From Lingula anatina (Eukaryota > Animalia > Brachiopoda), in the NCBI GenBank assembly GCA_051362555.1, contig CM120644.1, forward strand, positions 12,856,567 to 12,920,566: 64,000 nt of DNA, written 5' to 3'. The position numbers were made by a program, and so were the translations under genes. This document shows positions 22,166 to 36,325 of the stretch, piece after piece (the first letter of the stretch is position 1; every line of letters starts with the position of its first letter). The notes under the pieces were generated by a model that had not been told where the DNA came from, did not search any database, and worked only from the letters and a program-made list of their open reading frames with translations.

Positions 22166-24485
22166 TATAAAGAAAATAAATGAGTTCATTTATTAAGTAT
22201 AAAAAATCTTTGTCTTTCGTGCTACTTAAACAAAATATGAGCGTAAGCCTACTCGTACCTACAGTAGTCTACATGTACATAACATGTCAGATTTGACACA
22301 CACACCTCGACTAATTTTTCATTTCTTCAAGGAAAATAGTTAGCATTCGTGTTTTTCAAGCACTAAATGAAAAGAAAACACATACCTTTCAGTCAATTCA
22401 CATTTTCATCCAGATGTTATGGCACCACATTCAAGTAAATTGCGTTTGAGTTGGTTCACTGTCAGCGACGCGTGCACACGTTCCATGTTAAACTCTGGTG
22501 TAAAGCATTGAGCGAGATTGTGCGAGACTTTAGAAGGACTGCTTTCACCCCCACGCCATCTAGCGGCATACCCTTAAAGCGGGTATTCCCCATTGAGCAT
22601 GAGCAGAATGCACATGTGCTTAAATAAGCTCTCTGGAGATTGTTGTCGCCATAAAATGTCGTTTGACTACGCCAAACTTTCCTTTTTTTTGTGAAAATTT
22701 TTCACATATTTTTCAGCTTATATGCAACACTGATAACACAATATAAGAAAAATAGATAGGCCAATTGTCATTATACTCACAGGAGTGGTCAATCTTACTA
22801 AAACGCAGGTTGAGTTCGAAAATCAGCATAATCTAACCAGTGTACAAATAACAATAAAGAAACGTTAGTAATAATACAGTGTAGCTGCTAAAACTGCGGG
22901 TAAATATATCCGCAGCTACAAAGCTGAATGACTTCTCACTGAATGCAGCTCAATGGAATTAATCTCCAAAACATCTTTCATAGAATATACTTGTGAGTGC
23001 CTTGATACACAGCAGCTAAGACATTCCTTAACCCTGGACATCTGTTAACACCTTGTCTTGGTCAACTACTTAAGGTCAAAATGTGCAGACACAAGACCCA
23101 AACAAAACGTTGATGTATTACCAAAAAGTTAATAGCACCACTAAAACAAACCATTTGCTACATAAATACAATTAATTCTCTTAATTGTAGTTTTGTTTGA
23201 CATTTCCTGCATCTTTACAATATTGTAAGTTGATTATATAAAAATTATGGTAAACTTGTTATCGTGTTTTGTGTAATAAAGTGTCAAAAATGGAAATAAA
23301 CTCATATTATTGCAGTTTGTCAGATTCAATCATCCACTATGTTCAGAATCTCAGAATGGAGGAAATTGGACATTTAACACTGTTGTATTGATATTTTTCC
23401 CATCTCATCAATTTTCTTAGTTGATCATATAAAAATTGCAGTAAACTGTAAAAATAGAAGAAAACACAATTTTTGGTGCTGCTGCCATGATGACCATTAT
23501 GGGAAAACCATGTTACTTATGACTGTCAAACTTTCAAAAAAGAAACAGAGGACTAAAATGCAGCCTGAGCTGGAAAAGCAGTCTAATTGGCGTCTTTTTC
23601 TGGAAGTTATACATTTTAGTGAAATATTCATTATTATCGTTTTGGCATATTCATTGTGGGACTTAGAGCTCCCATGGACATGAAGCTGAATGGTAATCAA
23701 GTTTTCTACATTTCAATGCTATTTATAGTCAATTATCGAAAATTGGTGATAATTATTCTGTTATTTATTATGTAATGTTACATCAAAATTGACAAAAAAA
23801 TTTTTGCACTGCTACTAGAAACATTATGAAAGTTCAAATTGCAGTTCAAATTAGAAAGCCAGCTCAATTGGGTTATCATTTATTATTGAATTTATGCAGT
23901 TTTGTGTAAAATTTTCATTTTTCTCATTCTGGCATTTACAAAGTGTGAACTTTAACTCCCATCGGCCTTATGCTGAAGCCTTATGCTTGTTACACATTTT
24001 ACTTACATCAGTATTTCCTGCTGAGCATAATTAAAATTTGATGTTGAATTTGCAGTTAAGCATAATGTACTTTTGCATCAGAATTGACAGTAGCCTATTT
24101 TGTGCATTGTTATTTTCTGCTTTTTGTCTGTACATTTGACAGCTTTGCTGCCTTGTTATTTTCCCCACTGAGCTAAGAACAATTCAGGACTGAACAGAAT
24201 CATAAAGACCAGGCAAAGCGATTGTTAGCTTTTATTTGTACGACTCAAGTATTAAGAGTGACATACATTATAATACGTATATTCTTCTTCTATCACTATT
24301 ATAATTATTATTTATAAACGTGTTTAATAGATGTGGAAGATATATCTAGGTGTAAATTGTAAAAATGGAACCCTGATTATATATTTAAACAAGTGATTTA
24401 ATAAAATCATATTTCAGATCAGTTGTTTACTTTTTAGATCTGTTGACTCCCTTTTAGAAAACTTGGGAATTTAGAATTTAAGATA

Positions 24486-25635
24486 ATGTCATCCATTCAG
24501 CTGATAAGTCTGCTCCTACTGGTTGCTGTTCAAGCTGTCAATTCTTCAAGTATTGTGAAGGTAAGTCCTGAAAAGCGTTTGTTATTAGCGTCTGGCTATT
24601 GAAACAAGCTTATACACTGAAAGGCAACACAGTTCTTAAATTGCAGGGAGTTGTGTTGGGATTTTCTGCTAGTCTGCAAGCGTTAAGTGTGTTTTATTGA
24701 ATAACAGAAAGCATTTTTTCTTAAAGGTGACTTAACGTGTGTATTAACAAAATACAACATAAAAGAAGAAAACATTTTCATAAAACCAATACTTATTTGG
24801 CAAAATCAATGGCTTTTTAAGAAAAAATAATACACCTGATCAAAACAATTACAGCATCTCATGTCCGTTTTAAACCGAATCTAAATATTCCAAATGTGTA
24901 AACAGGATACTGCAAGAAAATATCATATCTAAAACAAATAATACACCCCAAATACATGCTATATAAATAATAGCCAGGGCCCATTTGGAAACCAATCTAC
25001 GTCCTGTTATAGGAACAATTCAGCGTTCAGAGAGATCGACTCCTAATGTGAAAGACGGATAATGCTGGGTAATAAAATATAATTCCTTCATATTTTAGAA
25101 TTACAAGGGAAAGTTTACTTCCTACCGGATAACCAAGTTCAAAGCATTCTTTGATATCATCGACGTCGATGAAGATGGCGTTGTAACTGAGAAGGAATTC
25201 GTTGATTTAACAACAAAACGAGCTCAAAACGTTCTGCCGTCCTGGAGAGCCATGGCTTGGAATGGTATGTTTTCCAACGCCTTTCGGGTCTGGTGGTCAA
25301 ACGAATACTCTAACAATAAAACAGCCTTCACTTTTGAAGATATGATTCGGGTTCACGAGATAGACATTCCTATTACAACGGAGGAGGTCTCCCAAATCTC
25401 ATGGAATATGTTTGGCACTTTTGATATTGACTGCGATGGCAAGTTAACGATAGATGAGTATTCCAAATTCCTGTTTGTTCACCGCAACACGGCTGAAATT
25501 CAACCAATTTTTGGTGCAATTGATCAGAACGCAAATGGCGTCCTTGATGCAGAAGAATTTGTAAGTGCATACGACCTCTATTGGTATCGACAAGAGTTCA
25601 GCACCACTGATGTAATTATAGGCAAGCGGTACTGA
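24486..25635 (+). CDS. Secreted EF-hand protein copy 3, intact, 203 aa; join 24486-24560,25099-25635
   Basis: MSSIQLISLLLLVAVQAVNSSSIVK|GTAAGT; acceptor TTTTAG at 25098; open frame with DVDEDGVVTEKE, DIDCDGKLTIDE, DQNANGVLDAEE; ends IGKRY*. Confidence 0.92.
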
Positions 25636-26185
25636 TGCAGTCGGCAATTGCCAAGATATAGGTCGACCGCTTGCTTTTGGCTTTTTGTACCTTTGAAATC
25701 TTTGAGATGTTTTCTTTGATAGACGAATTTACGTTTCCACATAAAAATCACTCTGTATTTTCTCTTCAATGTTCAATATTACTCTGAACTGTTTCCATGC
25801 AGTTATTATAACAGACATTACTGAAAATGATTATTGTCCTTTCTTTTCCTGGGTATATATTTGGAATAAAACATAAAAGCCTCTTTTTTATTTTTGTCTC
25901 TTTCAACATTATTTACAATTTAGATGGATGTTTTCAGGAAATATTTAACAATATTTTGATGCTATCTATCACAACGAATATAATTACACTGATACCAATG
26001 AATTTGCGTGCATGTGAGCTGTTTTGGTATGTACAACAGTTTGGCAACTGATTTTATTTAACATAAACGTTACTGATGAAGATGGAAATGACAAAAAGGT
26101 TATCTGTCCATTAAGTTTTAACTTTTAAATTACATGTTACTGATTGTTGATGTTGCTTTTTGGCAGCTTTTTTTTTCGGTGCCTA

Positions 26186-26491
26186 CCCGCAAGAAAACGC
26201 AGTAGATACTCCAGCGCATTAGACTACTGCAATCACACTGCAAACATGCTTCAAATCTGCTTCTATTTGGGAGCTAATTAGCATATTTGAAACATGCTTC
26301 TATCATGCTGCTAATCTACTGCATTAATGCTCCTCTCTGTACAAACCTATGTACTTTTTGGAGTAGAATTGCAGTAGGCTATGCTGCATTTCTATTGCAA
26401 ATATGCTCCACACCACTACTGCATTAATGCTTTTTTGCTACTTCGATACTACTGCATTTTCTTGCGGGATACTACTGCATTTTCGTGCGGG
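26186..26491. mobile_element. MITE with CCC...GGG termini and 2-bp TA TSD (EnSpm/CACTA-like)
   Basis: CCCGCAAGAAAACGCAGTAG ... CTACTGCATTTTCGTGCGGG, flanked by TA on both sides; internal CTACTGCA repeats. Confidence 0.75.
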
Positions 26492-27637
26492 TAAGCATAC
26501 CATTGGTTAGGATGACATTTTACTGTTGCATACTAAGATGATTCCTTGCAAAATTCCTTACAAAACTGTTGCTTTGTATTTGTAAGAAACAAAGTAAATG
26601 TATAGCCTTTTGAAAATTCGATTCATCAAACGGTATAAGAACAGTGTAATATCAAGTAAGAATGATTGGTGTGTGTGTGTGTGTGGGGGGGGGGGGTGCA
26701 TGTGTATCTCCTGAATAGAGGCTATTCACTTGGATAGCCTCATTCACTGATGAAGATGTCCTGCTAGACTGCTGACTGAAGAGAAAAATAACATCATTCT
26801 TATACCCTAACACAGCTAAAGAAACTCTCTCTGACATACTTAATGTAGCAAGGAAATATGCCTGACAGCATTATGACGCTCTTTTTTAGGTAGCCCGTAT
26901 TAACATGTAGTTTGGTACTTACATTTGATTACACAAAGTTAAACACGATAGCTGCTGGCAAAATAGAGGAATAGGGGGGACGCGTACGTGACAACGCAAC
27001 TCTATCTGGAATACATTTCATTGTAACTGTATTATAAATTAACCGCCCTCCTGCAAACACCAAACATCAATCAAGGTGCAGATCTCTTATGGAATTGTAG
27101 GACAGGAAACTGTTACGGTATGTACATGTATACTGTTCAATAACATTTGGGTTGATATCATATCAGGTACTATCATGAAAATGGCACCCTTTGCCTATTT
27201 ACTTAGTACTCAGTATATATATATATATATGATGAAACTGAACATAAGGATTGTCATGTAGTAGTGCTGGTAATTGTAAATGATACATGTAAGTCCGAGC
27301 GCCGCACGTGCAGTATTGTATTTTTTCCACTGAGATAAGAACGAAACAAACCCATAAAGACCAGGCATAAATGATAAATTAATGCAAACTAGAAAGTCTC
27401 CGGTTTTAATACAGCTAAAGTGATATGAATTATAATACGTATATTCTTTTTCTTTATTTATTTTTATTTTACATTTTTGGCCTTTAAGTGTGTTTCAAAG
27501 ATGTGGTAGAAATCGAGGTAGAAATTGTAAAAAGGAAACTCTGATTATTTCTTTAAAAAGGGAATTAATTAGTTGTTTACTTTTTAAATCTGTTGACTGT
27601 CTTGTTTTAGAAACCTTGACCATTTAGAGTTCAAAAA

Positions 27638-28766
27638 ATGTTGTCCACTGAGCTGATAAATCTCCTCTTACTGGTTGCTGTTCTAGCTGTCGATTCTTCA
27701 AGTATCGAGAAGGTGGGTCCAGAAAAGCTTTATTATCATGGTTCTTTTATTGAAACAATTTAAGACGGTATTGATAGAGAAGCATGATTTAAAGGTGCAG
27801 GTGGTGGGATTTTCTGCTAGTCTGTAACCTTTTAATGTATTTCACTTCACTAAATAAGAGAATGTTTTCTGTTTTTCTTGGATGGTGACTTAACGTGTGT
27901 ATAAACAAAACAAAACAAAACAAAAAATCATAAAACCAATATTTATTGGGAATAATCATTGTTATAACTCAGACAAATAATACACCTATTTAAACCAATT
28001 ACAATGTCTCATATGTCCGTGTTAAACCCAATCCAAAACATTTTAAACAGGATACATCCGAGAAAATGTCATATCTATAACAAATTATACACCTGCAAAA
28101 ATATGATATATAAAAAATAGTCAAGGCCCATTTGAAAACCAATTTCATCCTTTTAAAAGAGCGTTTCAGTGTTCAGAAAGATCAGATCTAATATGTAAGA
28201 CAGACAAGGATGGGACATAGAAAATACTTTATTCACATTTTAGCACGCCAATGGAAAGTTTAGTCCCTACTTCATTACCAAGTTTAAAGCATACTTTGAT
28301 ATCATCGACGTTGATGAAGATGGCGTTGTTAATGAAGAGGAATTCGTTGGTTTAACTACGGAACGGGCTCAAGAGGTTCTGCCATCTTGGAGAGCTATGG
28401 CGGTGAATGGTATATTTTCCAATGCTTTTCGGGTCTGGTGGTCAAACCAATACACCAACTATAGAACAGCATTTACTTTTAAAGGTATGATGCGGGATGA
28501 GGAGATGAACATGGCTCTTTCAACGAAGGGGGACCTCCAAATCTCATCGGATATGTTTGACACTTTTGATATTGACTGCAATGGCAAGTTGACGATAGAT
28601 GAGTATTCCAAATTCCTGTTTGTTCACCGCAACACGGCTGAGATTCAATCACTTTTTGAACGCAAATGGCGTCCTTGATGCAAATGAATTTGTAAGTGCA
28701 TACGACCTCTATTGGTATCGACAAGAGTTCAGCACCACTGATATAGTTTTTGGTAAGCGGTACTGA
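27638..28766 (+). pseudogene. Secreted EF-hand gene copy 4, frameshifted; exons 27638-27712 and 28244-28766
   Basis: Signal exon MLSTELINLLLLVAVLAVDSSSIEK|GTGGGT. A 14-nt deletion (TGCAATTGATCAGA, GA microhomology) at ~28659 removes the start of EF4 and gives a stop at 28678; the ancestral GKRY* ends at 28766. Confidence 0.88.
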
Positions 28767-29164
28767 TGCAGTCGGCAATGGTCAATAATGAAGTCTATGA
28801 TTTCTCTTTGGCTTTTAGATTCCAGCTGAAGTCTTTTACTGTCCCTTTGGAATGTTTGAGATGCACATTGATTACAACGACATTTAATTATGTTATATAG
28901 AGATGTTTGCTTACATAGACAAATTCACGTGTTCCCATAGAAATCACATTGTATTGTTTCTTTAATTTTCAATATTACTATAAAATTCATTAATTAAATC
29001 GAATATTGTCTTTTCTTATTGCTCAGTATAAAGTTGGAAAAAAACTTGAAGCCTCCTCTTTTTTTCTTGTCTCTTTCAACATGACTAACCAATTAAACGG
29101 ATGTTTTTAGGAAATACTTAACAATACATGTATCTTAATTATCTATAATAACATTAATGCCAGT

Positions 29165-31856
29165 TAGTCCGGTGGCTTAAGGAAAAAATCGTGACACGGC
29201 GGATAAAAGCACTAAATTTTGCATGTGGGTACCTTTTGACATACTTAATCAAATTAGAGCCGTAGCCCACGGTAAAAAATTACCGTTTGGCCAAAAAGTC
29301 CAAAATGGCCGCCAATTTATGGAATTCTATAGAAATGTGTACGTATCTATGTTGATTTTTATCAAATTAATTATTTACTCAGAGTTTTCCACACCCTTAT
29401 TACCCATTTTATTCATATATGTCAGATAGCAAACAAGTTCCCTTGGACTTTTTGAAAAAATCCAAGATGGCTGTCATATGCCATAGAAACAGCCATAGGA
29501 ATACTAGTGCACAACTAATACCAGCTAGACAGATACGTTGTCCGCTATCAAATTAAGTTTGTTTCTCAGATTTTTGTTACCCACATAATATGTTTGTGGT
29601 GAGTAACTACGAAGTGTTCTTGGGCATTTCGGAAAATCCAAGATGGCTGCCATGTGCCACAGGAATTCTAGTATACGGGGGATTCAACTAATGGCAACTG
29701 GAAAGATTAATTTTCCACTATCAAATTAAGTTTGTTTCTGGATGTTTTCCACATCCTTTCCACCCACACAATATGTATGTGGTGAGTAACTAACATGTAT
29801 TCCTGGGCATTTTGAGAAAATCCAAGATGGCCGCCATATGTCATAGGAATACTAGTACTTCTAGTGTTACAAAGGGTTGGAACTAATGCCAGCTAATTCA
29901 CTATCAAATTCAGTTTATTTATTTTTAGTGTTTTACAGATAATTATTACATTGTGATACATATCTAGCAGGTAATAAATGTGCATATTTGATCATTTTGA
30001 GAAAATCCAAGATGGACGTCATTGGCCATAGGAATACTACTGGAATTACAACTGCACATCCATGGCTTTTCATCTACTACCAGGGTGAAATTGTGTTTGC
30101 TTATCATGTTTTGCCCATCTTTATTAGTCCTATGATATATATCTGGTGGGTAAATAGTGTACATCCTTGGATATTCTGAGAAAATCCAAGATAGCTACAA
30201 TTTGACATAGGAATACAAATGGGCGGGTTTCAAATGGTGCTAGAGAGGCATATGGTTTATTATACAATTACATTACCATGGGTTTGTTTTAAAAATAATA
30301 TATGTTTTTCATTCCATTTATTATTACTCCTATGATGTATACCTGGTCTGTAGCATGTGTGTATCTTTGGGTATTCTGGAAAAAATTCAAGATGTCTGCC
30401 TTTTGTCATTAGAATATTCGAACACATAATCAAATAATGCCAGAGATACAATGAATACAATTTAAATGCAGTTAACTTTAGATCATTTTTAAATGTTTTT
30501 CATATCCTATTTATCCTTATGAAAGACTCCGTGTATGTAGAAAGTGTATGTATCCTTGAGTATTATTCGGAGAAAACCGAAGATAGCTGCCAGTTGTTAT
30601 AGGAATATATCATTCAAATGCAAATAGGTGTCAATTAATGGAACAGTTCAGGCATTGATTCCAACATGAAATAGTCGTTTGATGTTCAAACATGTTGACA
30701 TCCTTATTAACCTTACTCTATATAAATCTGGTGTGTAGCAAGTGTGCATCTTGCGCATTTGAGAAAATTCAAGATTGCTGCAATTCACAATAGGAATAGT
30801 ACATTCAACTACTGCCAGAGATATATTGGGTTCAATGTAAAATTAATTTTGTTTCTTGGTATTTCCCACATTCTTTTTGGACTTTGAGATATCTATCTGG
30901 TGGGTAACATGTGTATACCCTTAAGTATTTTGACAAAATATCATGATTACCCTCATTTGCCTTAGAAGTGCCTATAAAATCTAATGCACCACTTTTCCTA
31001 TGGGGAAAAGAAGGCCATCTTGGATTTCCCCAAAATGATAAAATATGGACATTAATTACCTAACAGATATGTATCATGGGATAATAATACTAAAAAAAAC
31101 AGAATAACAACTGAATTCAGCTTCATTTTATATGTAAGCCTATCTCCCACAGGTATTAACTGAACCCCACCTTCTATGGCTAATGGCAGCCATTTTGTTT
31201 TGTTTTCTTTTCAAAAAGGATACACATAACATTCTCATCATATATATATATATTACGTGAATTAAAAAGATGTGGAAAATACTCAGAAACAAACCTAATT
31301 TATCAATTAATATTATATCTCCATGGCAGAAGAAGCCCTATGTGTATACTAGTATTCCTTTGATATGGCGGCCATCTTGGATTTTCCTCGAAATGCCTAA
31401 GAATAAAGGTTAATTACTTACCACAAATATATTATTTGTGTAATAAGAAACAATTAGATAGTGGGCAATGCATCTTCCTAGTTGGCATTAGTTAGTTGAA
31501 AACCTGTGTACATGATCTAGTATTCATATGCCATATGGCGGCCATCTTGGATTTTTTGAAAAAGTCCAAGGACACTACTTTGTTACCTGACACATATGCA
31601 TAATATGGGTAATAAGGATGTGGAAAACATTGAGAAAATACTTAATTTGATAAAAATCAACATAGGTATGTATGTATTTCTACAGAATTTCACAAATTGG
31701 CGGCCATTTTGGTTTTTTGGCCAAACGGTAAATTTTTTCCGTGGGCTACGGCTCTAATTTGATTTAGTATGTCAAAAGGTACCCACATGCAAAATTTGGT
31801 GCTTTTATCCGCCGTGTCACGATTTGGCCATTTTTTTGCCCTAAGCAACCGGACTA
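29165..31856. mobile_element. Non-autonomous Academ-like DNA transposon; long TIRs; 3-bp TSD AGT
   Basis: Termini TAGTCCGG...CCGGACTA with >300 bp of inverted similarity; internal AAAATCCAAGATGGC repeats in both orientations; AGT at 29162-29164 and 31857-31859; the empty site is seen at ~5710. Confidence 0.8.
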
Positions 31857-32241
31857 AGTGGATAAAAGCTGCATGTGAGCTGTATGTGAAAAAACAACAG
31901 TTTGGCAGCTGATTTTAAGATAACCGTTAATGATAAAGTTGGTGATGACAAAGAAATAATCTGTCCATTAAGTTTTAGCTTTCAGATAACATGTTACTGA
32001 TTGCCGATGTTGATGTTTGCAACTTTTTCGGTGTTTGTAGGCCGTAATCTGAAGCTTGAGAGATGTTGTTTAACTCCCACATCACGCGGCTAGGTTTCTT
32101 AAGGATACAGCGCGTAGGGTAAAACATGGTGGTGCTTAGGACGCATTGTCTAATCTTAGGACGCAATTGGGCGTAAATCTGCATATGCATGAATCACACT
32201 GTGACCTAATTCAATCCAATGCATAATATGTAATTACCTTA

Positions 32242-32456
32242 GGCTGTATTCCCAGAGCTTTTAGATCGATCTATCCCCGCGGGGAGTGTCACTAGATTAC
32301 TGTCAGATAATCAGGCTTAAATGTCCGTCCCGCCTACTACAAGCTGTAAGGGGGTAATTAACTTTCGTGTCCGCCCGGCTGACAGCTATTTAACGTGAAC
32401 CCCCAGGGGGTTAGGTCGATCTAAAGTAGATCGATCTAATCTCTTAAAATGGGGTC
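32242..32456. mobile_element. MITE (PIF/Harbinger-like), copy B, TTA TSD
   Basis: Homologous to 2953-3169; the empty site CCTTAGTTGTAC is at ~6192. Confidence 0.75.
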
Positions 32457-34499
32457 TTAGTTGTACAATCAGAAAAAATAATTGATAAAAAAATCAATTT
32501 TCAAGTTTAATTAAAAAAAAAACATTGGTTCATGACATGATTTTCTCTATCACTCTACGCGTTACATTACACAGGGGTGCCACTTTGCTATATATATATA
32601 TATATATAGTCAATTTGCCTCGAAACAGTGCCACAATAAGGATACAAAGGTATTCACTACCTTAGAGAAAGCAGAAGTCAAAATTGCATTTGCTTGCATT
32701 GTTTCACACAGCTGATCTTATATGCAATGGGAAATTAACATTGTCACTCGGTATTTGTTAGAAAAATAGGCAAATCTTTAGCTGCTTGAAATTCTATTAC
32801 TCAATTGGTATAAGAATGATGTTACATACAGTAACATACTTCATGTAGCAAGGAAATGTGCCTCTTTTTAGGTAGCCCGTATTAACGTGGAGTATGGCGC
32901 TTACAGTTGATTACGCAATGTTAAGCTGGAATCCGCTGGCGAAATGGGATTGATAACATGAGGAAAAGGGGGCACGAGTACGTGACAAAGCAAATTTATC
33001 TGGAATACATTCCAGTATTATGGTATTTAGATATACCGCCCTCCTTCAAACACCACGCCTCATTCAAGGTGCAGATCACTTATGGGATTGGAGGACAGGA
33101 ACCGGTGCCGTGTGTATACTGTTCAATAACATTTTGGGGATGATATTATGTATATCAGGTACTACTATGAAAATGGAACCCTTTTCATTTTGCTTAGCAC
33201 TCAGCTCATAGAGGATGAAGTTAATGGCTGTCATCAAAGTAGTGCTGGTTATTGTAAATGATCAGCCCGAGCGCCGTATGTGCAGCATCTTAGTTTTTAT
33301 TTTCCCCATTGAGATAATAGTCAACTCGACACTTCCATAGGCCTAATAGTCGAACCCTGCAGTGTTCTTTCCTGTAAACTTTTATTGCTGAAATACATTT
33401 TTCAGGCGGAGAGAAGCAAAATTAGCTTGGTTGCTATTTCCGAGACATTGAACATTTTTCAATATGGCCGTCAATTTATGAGGAAATATAGAAAAGCAAC
33501 CAGAAGTCACCGCAGAAAGTGATAAAAGCTACAGAATCAGTTCGTTTTTTTGCATATTTAGTTTTATTAAAACCATTTCCGCTTTTTAATATTTATGTTA
33601 ATTATGATTTTTTGTTATTCATGACGGTACACTCTCGGAATAAGCTTATCTGACAGTTCAATAAGCCCCCAAGGGTCTGTTGTTACTTCTCTGGGTCCCA
33701 TAGTCGAATACTAAGAATGTCATTCCCTGTATTTCTTTTTTTAAGAATTGAATACTTTGGGGGTATAAAAGCCAATTAATTTGGCCTTTCTTGTAAGGTA
33801 CATTTATACTAAGACTCTATAAAAGGGGATCATTGATAGGACTGACCGTTACGTAAGTTCTCTTTTTAATAAAGGCTCAGTCTAATGACAATTTTCTCAG
33901 GGGTCATCAGGGGTTTCTGCAGGATTTTAGGCACAGGGATTCCAAACTGTTAATCTGCCATTTGGACCCTTATAGTTACGTAGAGTCCAACCAAGTTCGT
34001 TGGTGGGGGCTGGGAAGGGGTAATTTAATTAAACTATTGTCAAAATATTGACCTTATTATTTTTTTGTTTTAATATTGATCATACTTACCGTAATTTTTG
34101 TGATTTTATATCTTGATCATAACTTTATTCAGTATATTTATATAAAATTTAGGTTTAAAAATTCCCATTCTTTTTATAGAGATTGGCACGTTTCTGAAAA
34201 TTTCATCAGTATATAGCAGCACTTCTAAATTTTCTTATCACTGCACTTTTTTCACTTTACATTTTATAGAGTCAATAAACAAAACATCTTACAAATATTT
34301 TGGTTAAATACTGACAGCCATTAAAATCTTTGATGCCACATTTTAAAAAAATAATTGTCATTTTGTAGCTCTAAACTGGATTACTTTCATATGAATCATT
34401 TGTTAAGGACATTGGTAAACAGAAGCAAAAATCTTAAGCTTCATGAATAACTTCAAAACAAAAATGGCACCAGCCCAACACAAAGTCACAACAGTCAAT

Positions 34500-35200
34500 A
34501 GCCGATACAACCTCCGCTTGGTTCGATGCAGGCGGCGATCCCTTGGCGTATGCTCAGTCAATAAATGGGATGGTGTCGTGCGGAATCCTATTCCAGTCTT
34601 GTCGTAGTGCCTGGATCAGCTGCTGCCTTGGCCAAAGATACATGTAGTACCACAAGTGTTCAATCTGATTCATATCCGAGAAAAGACAGGCCAGAGAAGG
34701 ACATTCACCCTTGGGTCTCCAGATACGCTTGGATCATTTGTGCCGAATGTGAACGGGTCTTGTCCTGTTGGGAAACGGTGACAACAGTTTGCTGCTACAT
34801 GAACGAGGTCATGTGAGGTTGCAGAATCTGATCTATGTAGTGACGAGCAGTTACTGGTATGTTACCATCAACGACCACCATCGGTTGACCACCAGCAAGC
34901 GTCGACGCACAATGGGGCTGCTGCTCCGGTTGTTGTTCCTGTCGGGTGCTTCTTGTGCTGTACGACTGGCATGGCGAAATTGGTCCTGCAGGTGATGCAA
35001 CCTGATGTAGCTTTCCTGGTCTGGAGTTGACTCTCTCTCGCCCTGGCTGCGGTCTACCGATAACAGAGCCTGGCATGTTGTGGCATTCAACCAGGTTCCT
35101 GATTGTGGGGTGGGAGCAGCCCACACATTGTACCTCAAATCGGACTCCCCTCACACCCAGTGCCCAGAGATGTACGTTGTTCTCATGATAAACATGGCAT
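34500..35200 (-). pseudogene. Degenerate, internally deleted Tc1-family transposase
   Basis: MPCLS*EQRTSLG..., GCSHPTIRNL, TPDQESYIRLHHLQDQFRHAS...IVRRRL (HTH), and VTARHYIDQILQPH...QQDKTRSH (DDE region), with stops. Confidence 0.75.
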
Positions 35201-35281
35201 GATTCCGTTCACTGGACTAGCAACAATGGTGGCCTTTTTAGGCCTTAATAGGCCACCAAAACCAATCCTCAAAATATGCAG

Positions 35282-35442
35282 ATAATAATAATAATAATAC
35301 ACTTCTTTAAAACCGCGCTACACATGCGTCTCAGCGCTGTTTACATAAAAATAAAAACTCCACAGATAAATTTAAGCCAGTATAGACTAAAACAGAATAC
35401 TTAAAAATTTTAAAAACTAAAAAGATGCTATAAATTAAAGTA
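35282..35442 (-). mobile_element. 3' tail of the same L2-like LINE family as 1231-2030
   Basis: Near-exact reverse complement of ~1863-2030, including the (TTA)n tail. Confidence 0.85.
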
Positions 35443-36325
35443 AACATAAATATGCAATAATGAGCAATGGAGTGAAGCATTAAAATTTTTATTTGAATGT
35501 ATGGCTCTTGCTATTCATATAACAAATGTACGGCCATCTTGGATTTTGAAATTTTCAATATCTTGTACGTATCAACTGGCAAATAAAGTCAAGCTAAATA
35601 AGCTTTTCTAAGTTTTGTAGCCCAGATGAAATGCTTTCTTTAAAAAAAGCTTGCAACTTATTTTGCATCTTTTTTACTTTGTGCCATATGTTTTGACGGC
35701 CATTTTGATTTTTTTTTTTTTTTTTGCTAAATATTACGCACTTAAGTGTATTCACTGGTACTGCTGTGCTCTCCTGATAGGATAAACATTCAAAGAAGCT
35801 CTTTATAAAGTATACCCGGCGACTTCTGGTCGTATTTCTATATTTCCTTATAAATTGACGGCCCTATTAAAAAAATCATCAATGTCTCGGAAATAGCAAC
35901 CAAGCTAATTTTGCTTCTCTCGACCTGAAGAATGCATTTCAGCAAAAAAAGTATACAGGAAAAAACATTGCAGGGATAGCGTTCTGGCTACTTGACTATT
36001 AGAACAATTCAGGACTGAGCAGATCCAGATTTTTCCTAAAACCAATATTTATTCGGAATAATCATTGTCATTTCTAAGAAAAATAATACACCTGTTCAAA
36101 ACAATTACATCGTCTCATATGTATTTAACCCAACCGAAAATACTTTTCAAATATTTAAACAAACAAAATACATTTAAGAAAGTGTCATATAACAAATAAA
36201 ACATAAACGATATGTAGGATCCATTTGAAAACCAATTTTTATCCTTTCAGTGTTCAGAAAGATTAGTTCATAACTTGTAAGATAGACAAGGGTGGGTCAT
36301 AGAAAATCGTTTATTCATATTTCAG

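Larger units (their letters stand above)
7051..24155 (+). mobile_element. Helentron-associated (HINE/DINE-1-like) non-autonomous element or compound of such elements, with nested insertions
   Basis: It interrupts the host motif TAGTTTTTAT|TTTCCCCACTGAG seen in other units. 5' subTIR TGTACAGACA; 3' inverted TGTCTGTACA (~24125-24134), then a short hairpin (GACAGC-TTT-GCTGCC). Internal ~159-bp tandem repeats; related sequence at both ends (7060-8050 vs 22710-24110). Confidence 0.6.
33318..35998. mobile_element. Second Academ-like element (TAG...CTA, ~200-bp TIRs) in the first intron of copy 5
   Basis: TAGTCAA...TTGACTA; inverted arms ~33350-33515 vs ~35815-35975; imperfect 3-bp TSD (TAA/TTA); interrupts host GAGATAAGAACAATTCAGG. 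Confidence 0.7.
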
